A model generated the notes under the pieces. The model was not told where the DNA came from, made no database searches, and saw only the letters and a program-made list of their open reading frames with translations. From Geosiphon pyriformis uo1 (Eukaryota > Fungi > Glomeromycota): a DNA stretch of 64,000 nt. This document shows, piece by piece, positions 53,264-64,000 of this stretch. Numbering within the stretch: position 1 is the first letter of the stretch; the number at the start of each line of letters is the position of its first letter. The translations under genes were made by a program, and so were the position numbers. The stretch is from the NCBI GenBank assembly GCA_016748015.1, contig JAAOMT010000602.1:1315696-1379695 (forward strand), written 5' to 3'.

Positions 53264-55437
53264 TTGAGATGAGGGTAAAGTAAGAACAAATGATAAGAGA
53301 ATTTTGAAAATGTGTTTGAGAAAATGATAAGGAAAAAGGAAAAGAGTGGTGCCAAAATGAACCTCGAATTTTATGAAAAGAGTGTATTAAATAATAAGAA
53401 AAAAGATTCAAAGAGGAAAAAACCTGCTGGGAGTGAAAATATTTCAATTTTAGGATAACATTTTATATTTTTCTTGTGATTAAAACCTTAAGTTTTAAGA
53501 AATTTAATTCAATATTTTTAAAAATAATTTCAATTTGGATTATATAATAATTACATGTCAAATTTGCTTTTTCCCCAGTTGGAAATATCACTAGCCACAC
53601 TAACCAATTAAGGCAAATTTCTAATTCAGCCCCCATGCAGTATAAAAAATTCTCATCGAAATTATCTTGGTTTTTCCTATTAATCAGTTCCCTCGAAAAG
53701 AGGTCGGCTCATTTATACATATTGATGCATGCGCGAATAAATAATTGCATAACGCACGCATTAAAAAGATCTAGAATTACAGTATAAAATCTTATCTTGA
53801 GCTTGACGCCACATCCCTTACTTTTTTTTTAATTTCACAAATTGAATAGGTTGCAGAAACGCTAGCTTACTAAAATAAGATTCAAACTTTCTTGTTGACA
53901 AACCGATTCGGAAATATCCAATCTCGATTTCGTGTTTTGCAAGACTTGATGGGAGCTAAATGCGCGCTCTTCTCTTGTGCACTGAATTTTAAAATGAAAC
54001 CACAAGAACCGATTCAGGCAATTATGTATCCAAATACTTTTCTTAATGGGTTGAAATTAAAAAGTCACACAACAAATTTTGGTTTAATTAATGCACTCTA
54101 AAGCACTGGACTTGTTGAGCAAATACATGTAATGGTTTCGGATTTGGAAACATTTGTTACCATAGACAGAAATGGTTAAATCATAAATCCCCAAAGTTAA
54201 GAAAAAGTATTCCGCTAATTTTTTTTACCATCTTAATAGTAAAACTTGGATTTTGTTTTTCTCATAAATATCAATAATAGAAATTTTTCTCTCAAAAATT
54301 TTTGTGGTTGAAATTTCCTTATCTATTTCTTGAAAAGCTTTTTACAAATTCAATTATAAGTTTTTCTGATAATATATTGATTTTTCATTTCATGAACATT
54401 TTCAGACCAACAGAATATTTCATATTAGTGAAATCGTAAATGAACAATAATGAAAACTTTTGTTTCATAATAATAATTATAGGACATGATTCTGCGTTTA
54501 TTATCCATAACTTTGAGTATTAATCATCACCAAAAATGAGTCACTAATAAATTTAGAATACTTCCTGTTTCATAATCTGGTCCCGAAATATATGGTACCC
54601 TTTTTAAAATCAAAATAGATTGTGAAATTTATAAAACTAAAAATACCAAACCCATTCTTTTTTGAATATTCCCCAAACTATTGCGCACTTCGTCATCCAT
54701 ATATATTTTTAAACTTGTGGATTTCCTTGTGAGAACATTTCAAGTAGTAATTTTTCTTTAAAATTAAATTGGGTTTTAATATTTATAACTGTGGAACGAG
54801 TTTCCTACAACAAAAATTTAGAAATATCGATTAATTTAGTTTTGTGAATAGTAAACTCATATTTTGTACGATTCAGGGATCTATTAATCATTTGTTTTGC
54901 TTCCAAAGCCATCAACACAATTTTGGTAGGTTAAGAATTATTTTCGTTCTTCAAAAACGGGTTTATGTATTTCGCTGCCTCTTCGGTGACTTTCACTTGT
55001 TGAGTAGCCTCTGAATTTTAAAATTTTCATTTTATTTTTTCGAAAAGTTTATATAGCGTTTACTAAATATGAATTTTTATAAAAGCATTGTTTATTGAGG
55101 TCATCTCAAGGATGATATTAAAAGCGATTATGTAAAACTACGCAAAAGTATTTGATTTGGGATAAAAAAGATTTGGTAATTAGTACAGCAATATTTTCGT
55201 ACAAGTAGTTTCTTTGTACTCATTAAGATTTAAGTTTTAGGTGTTGACTATTTATCCTTTCAGGCGAGTTACCCAAGAATTCATTTAAAAAATTAAACTT
55301 AATGGTAAGAATAGTTTATTAATTTATTAACAAGAAATCATGAGTATCTTAAAAATATGATTCGACAGAAGAATGTCACCAAATATTAAACAAGATATAC
55401 AACAAATAAAGACTAAGGCTTATTGACGTTGAAAATC

Positions 55438-57162
55438 TTAACCGTTGACAACAGAACCTCCGTTAGGATGAAGGACCTGAGACAAAAAATCAAAAACATA
55501 TTTGGGTGAATATAAATTTAGAATGATATAATATACTCAAGTAATAAATTGTTCGCACCTGTCCGGTGTAATAAGTGGAGTCATTACTCGCCAAGAAGAC
55601 GTAAGTAGGTGCAACTATAAATAATAAACAAGGTTATGGAATAAGAACTTGAAAGCAGTATAATAAGCTTATAACTGAGTTTAGAATGACCCAATGGATT
55701 ACCTTCGGAAGGTTGCCCTGGGCGACCCATTGGTACTTCAGTTCCAAAAGTTTCCATTTGTTCAGGAGGAAACGACGCAGCGATAAGAGGGGTCCAAATA
55801 GGACCTATAGAAAAATACCATAAATATCCGATTTCTCAAACTTTACTAATTGGAATAAATAAAATGTTTCAAAAAGTTATAACCTGGAGCCACAGCGTTT
55901 ACTCGAATTCCTCGCTTAACCAAATGTAAAGCAAGTGATCTTGTAAAAGCCACGATAGCCCCCTTGATAGTATTTGAGTTAGAAAATTTAAAATCATTGC
56001 AAGAAATTTAGTGCAGGTTACCTTCGTTGACGAATAATCAAGCAAATTTGGTTTTCCTTTATATGCCGTCACAGAAGTTGTATTTATAATGGCACTAACC
56101 CCAGAGAAAAATTCAAAATTTGCTTTTAGGCTGAGAAGATAGATAATTATCATGAACGCACTATAACAATTTATAAATACAATTTAAAATTACCTCCCCT
56201 CTTTCATGTAATGGACTGCATGTTTGGCGAGATAAAACATGCCAAATATGTTTGACCTAAGTGAAAATCATTCGATAAACGCAATAGTCGGATCCAAAAT
56301 ATTATAAGGTGATACTACCTGAAAGTACGTTCCAATTGTTCCGAGGTCAGCTCCTCGATTTTTTCACAAATGTGCTAAAAAATTGGTTTATCACAAATTA
56401 GAAAAATAAATGAAAAAAATGATCAACAGTGTACTCACCTGTTCAGAAGCATTATTAACTAAAATATCAATGTGATCAAATTCTTTTTGAACTTGTTTGA
56501 CAATATCAACAACATTTTCTTCATAACCAACATCTTTACTGATTAGAAGAACCTTAGTTTTGGATTGTTTTTCGATCCGTTCTTTGGTTTCTCTCGCATC
56601 CTTCAATTAGGATAGGTCCAAAAATTTTAAGCTTTCAATGAGATTAGCGTGGCCGCGATTCACAAATTTAAAATTTACCTTTTCTTCACGCTCTAAATGA
56701 ACAATAGCGATACCTTCAGCTCCTTCAAGTGCGAAGAGGGTTGCAACGGCACGTCCAATACCACTATCTCCCCCTGTAATCAACGCCACTTTATTTTCCA
56801 ATTTTCCAGCGGCTTTATATGCTTTGAACGTCCCATCATCAGCGGGAAGATGATGAACGACAGGCCGAGGGTTAAGCTCATGTTCGAGACCTAGGATGTG
56901 AAGAGGTAAAGAGATATATTGGTTTCAAAAGTTAAACAAAAAAATTGAAATTACCTGGCTGTTCTTGCATAGATTGTTTCGGTATATTTGAGGCCTCTTG
57001 AAGGTTTGATGGTTGTTTTTGAGAAGCCATGTTTCTGAAGATGATCGATCCTCGCGATCGTTGAAAGGTACTTGAGGTTGATTTTAACAGGGAAAATGCA
57101 AATTTGGGTGTTTGGATATGACGAGAGCTAATTTGAAGAGTTTTTGATAGTCCGTAAAACAT
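55438..57162 (-). CDS. Short-chain dehydrogenase/reductase (YhdF/YdaD glucose-ribitol dehydrogenase-like), multi-exon
   Basis: [58 protein letters not shown] and a C-terminal [12 protein letters not shown], separated by GT-AG introns. Confidence 0.93.
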
Positions 57163-60100
57163 GGTACAAAATTGCTTGCTTTATAAAAAGATTCCCCTTT
57201 AATTAATATAAGCTTTACCTCTACTGATGCGAAATCCGTTTAATATGACATTATGTTTATCAACTAGTGATGTCAGTATGATTAAAAACTCTTTCGATTT
57301 TTTTCCGATGGGTGATATCTCTTTAGGCATCAGCGATGATATAATAACACACATCTGGCTGATTGGGTATTTTTACTTTTGAAGAAAAAAATTGCTTTTG
57401 AACTCAATTTTTTGTATTTTTAGCCTATTTTCGCATCACTGGCATTCGATTATATTACTTTTATTAGGTATGAATGAACGAATGGACTTTATTCTCATTC
57501 TGTGATTGATTGAAGTTAAATTGGGGAAATAATCTTTGTAATTAATTAAATTAAATTAAATTAAATTAAATTTACTATCAATCATTGGCGGCTTAAAGCA
57601 GTGGGGGTCTTCGGAATAAAGCCGATAAACTATTATTTATTATTGCAAATGAGTATTCTGATTCTTTTGCAAGGTTCTCTATTTTTAATCTATCACCATT
57701 TTGGAGGAATCAAAATACATGCTTAAATTTTTGACCTGAAAACTAATATATTTTTTAATGCAAACTTGAATCTATACTCAGCATCTTGGGGTTATTTATT
57801 AGCCCAACTTTTAAATCTTTTGGGCACCTAGACACCAGGAATCAATAAACGATTTCGAGGGTCACTATAACTCATAATCCCAGCGAGTTTATAAAGAAAA
57901 ACATGCAGAATGTGAGAAACCAAAGAAAAACATATTATAATTTTCGATTAAACGCATACAAAGTGACCAGAATTGCTCATAAATGTTTGTCCACTATTGA
58001 TGCTGTCTTTTTTTGGTATCATGTCACATGCAATTTTATATAGTTTCTGGCGATGGATATGAGATTTCCAAAGCCAACGCTTTGTACTATGCAATTAATG
58101 GCAATGTTCATAGGCAATAAAGAAGAAGATGGGAGTTTGAGTGTCTATTTTAAATGAATATATAAAGAAGGAAATGTAATATTTGATAAACGACTACCGT
58201 GGTACCATAAACCAAATTATATGTTATCATTAATGCTCTAAAAAAACTGTTATTTCCTAAATGTTTTCATATTGCTTATTTTTCCTAATCTAGAAAATGT
58301 TTCTTAAAGCAATCTATACAAAGTGTCTGAATCTATGAATATAAACTGCTGATAACCTCAACTATTTAACAAGACAAACTTGCCAAAATAATTGTGTTTA
58401 CCTTTTGAAAGATGTAAGAGGTAAGAACTTTGAAAAGATTTGAATTTTCAAAAGTGATATATGAAGACATATCCAATAATAAACTTAAAGACACAATTTT
58501 TTTAACAAACAAAAATAGCTAACTTACATTAATTAAATATCTTGTTAATTTTTCATTTTTTCAAAACTTATATAATAAACTAATTAAAAAGTCAATTCAT
58601 CTAAATTATAAATATAAATATAAATTTCAAAATTATTTATGAAAATTTCTTGATATCTAACATATTTTAATGTAATTAATAATTAATATTTGCTAACTAA
58701 TATCATTTTTTAATTTTAGGAATAATTTTTATATTGTCAATCAACAATTGAGATTACTATGCCCGATGTTGAGGAAAGTTCAAAGCAGAAACGTGTTCAA
58801 TGAGCTAAATGACATTTTAACGATAACTGAAAAAAACCTATTTATTAACGAAATGACGTTTTAACTGTTCCCAAACAGAATTGAAGGACAAGCGACCGGT
58901 TTTTCCAAGGCCATGGATTTTTGGGTGGGATGATTTTTGTATAAAGGGAAAAACTAACCAATTTTATTTTTGGCATATCATTGATGTTAAGGTTTACCTT
59001 GATATTTTGTAACAATATGTCGGAGAAATGAAAGGGATACTTGTGAAGAAGTGGTGCTTTCAAAAAAATTCAAATCTCAAGCATGCAACTCGAATAGCTA
59101 AGGCGTTTCTTGCAGAGTATTTACTGAATGACCATCGTGTGGTCCCTATTGAAAATCTATGAATGATCGTTTTTTAACATTAGATAGAGCGATGTATGGT
59201 TGAGAATTGTAATTCTTTATCAAAAACTACGTTAATCAATTAGTAACAATATATTCATCATATGAGTTCCGTTAATATTTTTCTCACATATTGTATATTT
59301 AAAGTGGTAGAAAATTTTGTGTCAATTTATAAATTAAATTACATAATTCCCAAAATTAAAAGTTATGTTTGAAGATGAAAATCTAACAAAATAATTGCTA
59401 TTATCAATTATTTGACTAAATAAAAAACCCAGATCACATGAGATTAAAATTTATAAAAAGTGTCAATTATATTTATCAAAAATAATCTACGCCATAAATT
59501 GTCCAAAAACCTTAATGAAAGAAAACCACTTTTAAAGTTTTAAAACAAAAGTTTGTATAATTATTGTTGTTGTTATTGTTGTTGCTGTTGTTTTTGTTGT
59601 TGTTTATTATAATTTCTGAAAAAGTTTTACAGATACATGTTTTAAGAAAATAACTGGTATATATCCTGGTCTGTGATTTTGATAAGAATTTAATCTATAT
59701 ATAATGACTGATTGATTATCCTTATCAAGATATCACCACTTTTTAATGATCCAAAATTGGGACCCTGCATGCACATCCATAACAAATGGACAAATCATAT
59801 CGACATTTTAATTTTTCTTTCGGGAACAATGACCCAGAAGAGCTTAACCTCAATGCTATTGACAAGTTCAATTTGTGTAAAAAAAAATCGAACCTGTTTA
59901 AACTTGCTTATTGTCATACCCCTTAATAGCTTCCGGCCAAAAAGAAAACGGCAAGCGTAGAATGTTGCATTGTTAGCCTTATTTCATGTTAATATTGTCC
60001 ACCAATTACGTAATTTTGTAGAAATTGAGGCAACCTGTATATAATGAAGAGGGCATTTGTCAATTTTTTAGATATGAACTTTGCCCATTCATGAAAAATG

Positions 60101-60193
60101 TTCCCAAATAGGTGTTGATTTCGTCTGTAAAAATATAATTTTTTTCAATATTTCCCTTTACTCCTCCTTACTTTCTTTCAACCAGCGCAATCT

Positions 60194-62646
60194 ATGGCCG
60201 TCAAATATTCAGGGACAGATATTGTGATGAACGGAATCAATGCGACGATACAAGTCGGAAAAATGATTCCTTTCGTTGCTGAAGCAGCCGCATTATGTGA
60301 AATGATTTTTAATATGGCCCAAACAGCGCTTCATAATAAAGCAGTATGTAAAGCGTTGGCAGCACGTGTTAAGAATAAACAAGATTGGTTAGTGCGAGAA
60401 AGCCCACCGGCCGAAAACTGTCGAAATACATATTTAACTTATATCGAAGTTTTGAAAGAAATTCGAGATTATATAAAAGAATTGAAAGATCCGGGACCAT
60501 TTACATCTAGATTTATACTAAAAGTTAAAAGAACCCTTGGTGCGAACGATGTGAGTAGAAAAGCTTTTTCAATTTTAAATCTAATCTAGACTGTTCCCCC
60601 AATATTTTTAAAGAAATTATTTATCTGCTCTTTCCTTAATAGGTTGCTGCAATGCATGCAGATTTAGAAGAGAGACTTGATAAAGCCCAAAAAGATTTCC
60701 ATTTAGATTTGTCCTATGATACCAACAGTGTAGTCAAGGATGCCAACGGTATAGGCAAGGATACTAACAGTAGGCTCAGGGATGCTGACAAAAAGTTGGA
60801 TGAATTGTTGGAAAGAGAGAGGAAACGTGACGAAAATCAGGTTGCTCTCGCAATGTATAACAAGGGTGTTGAACCATCCGCAAACGACATAAAGGCGACA
60901 AAACTTGACTTTAGCCATTTTGAAGACGAAGACGACGAAGAGGATTCAGTTACTCGCGGTAAAATCGAAAAGAAAATGTATCACATGCAAATAGTGGCTT
61001 TGAAAAAAATTGGAAATTTAAAACAAATACCTAAAGCACAGCTTGCTCGTATTGATAAAGAAGCTGTTTTATTTTCGAGATTATCTGATTGTACGAAGAT
61101 TGAAAAATTGTATGTGGTTTAACTTTTTTACATTCTTTTGTTAACATTCGATCATAAAATTTGACTCAGTATAACTTCGGATTTTCAACCATTGATTTAG
61201 CTATGGTACTACCATAAATGCTGATATTTTGTATATCGCCACCGAATGGGCTGAGCATGGAGATCTTGAAAAGTATTTAAGAGCTAATCCTAACCTTGAA
61301 TGGAAGCACAAAATCAAATTCGCTGAAGATATTGCCATTGCTCTTGCCTGGTGTCATTCTGTTGAAATTTTTCATCATGATGTCAGAAGGTAAATTCTTA
61401 ATTGCTCCTTCTTTTCTAATAATCTTATGATTTAGAAACTGACCTTTTTTATCTCGATATAGTCACTCTGTTTTAATCGATGAAAATCTCACTGCAAAAT
61501 TAACCAACTTTCAAATGAGCCGTTTCGGTACAGACGCTACTACTTCCATAACGAATATGACCGCGAACTCAAGGTAAAGAAATATTTTCTAACTTTTAAA
61601 TTTTTTATTAGTTAATACTTTAACTTGTGATTATTTTGACCAGATGGACTGCGCCTGAAAAACTCCAAGCAAATATTCCTTACAGTAAAAAGATGGATGT
61701 GTATAGTTTTGGTATCGTAATGTGGGAGATTTCTGCTCAAGATAAACCTTTTGGCGAAATTATTAATGACATGGAAGTTATGACAGTTGTATCAAAAAAT
61801 ATACGACCACAGCCTATCCCCGAAGATACTCCAGAGGGCTATAAACTCCTAATGAAACAAGCTTGGCATGAAAAGCCCAATAAAAGGCCAGCAATGGAAT
61901 TTTTGTCAAAAGAATTACATCGTGTTGGACAAAAATATAGGAAGTATTCATCAACTTCATCAATTTCATCAATGTCGGATAGCATTAGTACTCTCGATGT
62001 ACCATCTATTGCGCAAAGACCAGGTACTCCTTTGCCAGAAATTGAAGGACAGGAATATGGATTTCAATCATCAGATGATCTCGGTATCGACTTGTCTGAT
62101 TTAATAATCACTGATTTACCTAGTTGGGAAGACGTTTATCAAATGATAAAAGATAAGAGTATCAAGAAAGCTTTCCCCTATATTGAGGAACACGCAAAAC
62201 AAGGTAATGCTGTAGCCCAATATTACGCCGGTAGGTATCTTTACGAAGGTCAGTATGTTGAGCGTGACGAAGATCAAGCTTTGGCGTATCTTTGTCAAGC
62301 AGCTGACACACCAGTTCAATACGGTCAGCGTACACCCGCACATATTTCATATGCGCAGTTTACCTATGCACATGGGTGCCTTAAAGGAAGCAGTTATGAC
62401 CAAACAGCGGGAATTGAATACTTGAAGAAAGCGGTTCGTAATGGGCAACCGCAGGCATTGCTCTTTTATGGTGAGATTCTTTTAGATGGTCTATACGGTC
62501 AACCTATCAGATTAGATGAAGCTGAAAAAATGTTGAAGGCATATAAACGAATGAATCCGCAAGAACTTGAAACCGAAAGTGGCAAGAAAAAATTCGAAAA
62601 GATTGTTTACAAATTACAAATATACAAAAAGCAAGCTGGATCTTAA
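60194..62646 (+). CDS. MLKL-like protein: N-terminal helical bundle + TKL-type (pseudo)kinase + Sel1-like repeats
   Basis: Exons 60194-60550, 60643-61109, 61201-61389, 61463-61573 and 61644-62646. N-terminus IPFVAEAAALCEMIFNMAQTALHNKAVCKALAARV. Kinase motifs VALK, EWAEHGDL, HHDVRSHS, LTNFQ, RWTAPE, DVYSFGIVMWEI. Sel1-like motifs AKQGNAVAQYYAG and AVRNGQPQA. Confidence 0.88.
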
Positions 62647-64000
62647 TTTCAATCGTGGCGCGAAATACAATTAGAATTCAAAATTCAAAGCTAGAAATGG
62701 TTTCCTTTTGAAATAAATGTAAAGTTGGGTATTAATTTATTGGGAATTTTTGACAGAGGCTTAAGATGAATCTTGATGTAAATACTGTTAATTCTTCCTC
62801 CTTCATTGGGAAAAACTTTATAATTGCTTGGGATTAAAAAATGTCTTTGAAATATGGTAATTGTTAACAATTTGTTTTTGATTCAAATTTTTGATCATTA
62901 AATTGATTAAAGCGTAAATGTAAAAACAGGAGCCTTATATTGAATGTACAAGAAAAACTTAAATTGATGCCACTGAATTATAGATTTTAAATTTATTTTA
63001 TAACTTTACGAATCTTTGGAATGATAAAAAATGAAAGTATGATTTTTCTTAAAAATCTTTATTGAGAGAAGGAGGTCAATTAAATATCATGAATATAAAA
63101 AATTCGGGAACTTATAATTTTTAGTTATCTTATGTAGTCATATGTATTAGCCACTGATGTCATTATATTAGCCACCCTATTTTTAGAATTAGTCGTTGAT
63201 GTGATCATTGACTTGATAATTGATCCCTTTTTAAGAGTATATAAGTGAGACCTTCCAAAGCCATAGAAATTCATTCACACTCAATTCATTAAAAACAAAG
63301 ATCAATACAACGATATCAACTCCTGTATTTCCTTTTCACTATTTCTTTTCCCTTTTCTTTTCTTGATTTGTATAATTGTTAGTTTTTATGAAGTATATTG
63401 AATCAACATTTACTGAAAAGGACAACTGATACCTGATATTGAATTCTAAGAGTGCCGATGTGAGGTATAGAATTATATCAGTGTGTGATTTTTTGTTCAG
63501 ATTCCCTTGTTACCATTTTTTGGAAAGAATAGTGACTGAAATATTTATGAGACTTATCTCGCATATTGAATCCCTACTAATTTAATTCGCTTATAAAGTT
63601 GGATTATTTTCATCGTCACACAATACTGTTCTTTGCTATCCATTAGCGTGTTACATCTGACCGTAATAATGTAATTCATTTGCTATTAATCTTAACAAAA
63701 TTTTCTTGCATTGAACAATTATTAACATTATAGTTTGATTAAACAAATAATACAAACTTATTGAGATTTTGTTTTAAAAAGCTAAATAATTTTATTTAAC
63801 TTCTAAAGATTAATAATTTCAAGATTATTACTTTACTTGTACATTATTATTTAAATAACAGTTTTCTTTATGTGACCAAGTTTTTTTTTTACATTAATTA
63901 TAAAAACTTTAAAAATGTATTTTATTATTTTTGAATAATATTACATTTAAATTAGTATGCTTTAAAGTAGATTATTTATAACTTTATTTTACATATTTCA

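Overview
A very AT-rich eukaryotic window with short GT-AG introns (about 70-100 nt) and an 836-N assembly gap at 5455-6290. The gene content points to a fungus, most likely Glomeromycota (arbuscular-mycorrhizal or Geosiphon type); this is inferred from the MATA-type HMG boxes, the TKL kinase with Sel1 repeats, the lipase-3 and the LaeA-like methyltransferase. Recognisable genes are three intronless MATA_HMG-box genes, a 6-exon velvet-domain gene, a Gti1/Pac2 (WOPR) gene, a lipase-3 lacking its catalytic Ser, a SAM methyltransferase, a YhdF-like short-chain dehydrogenase, and an MLKL-like protein (helical bundle + pseudokinase + Sel1 repeats). There is also a secreted Pro/Arg tandem-repeat protein and several orphan ORFs. 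The main hidden feature, only partly visible in the ORF track, is a frameshifted fossil IS607-type transposon at about 15.6-17.2 kb on the minus strand. It encodes a serine recombinase (TnpA) overlapping a Fanzor2/TnpB-like RNA-guided nuclease. All assignments come from manual motif reading; no database searches were run.
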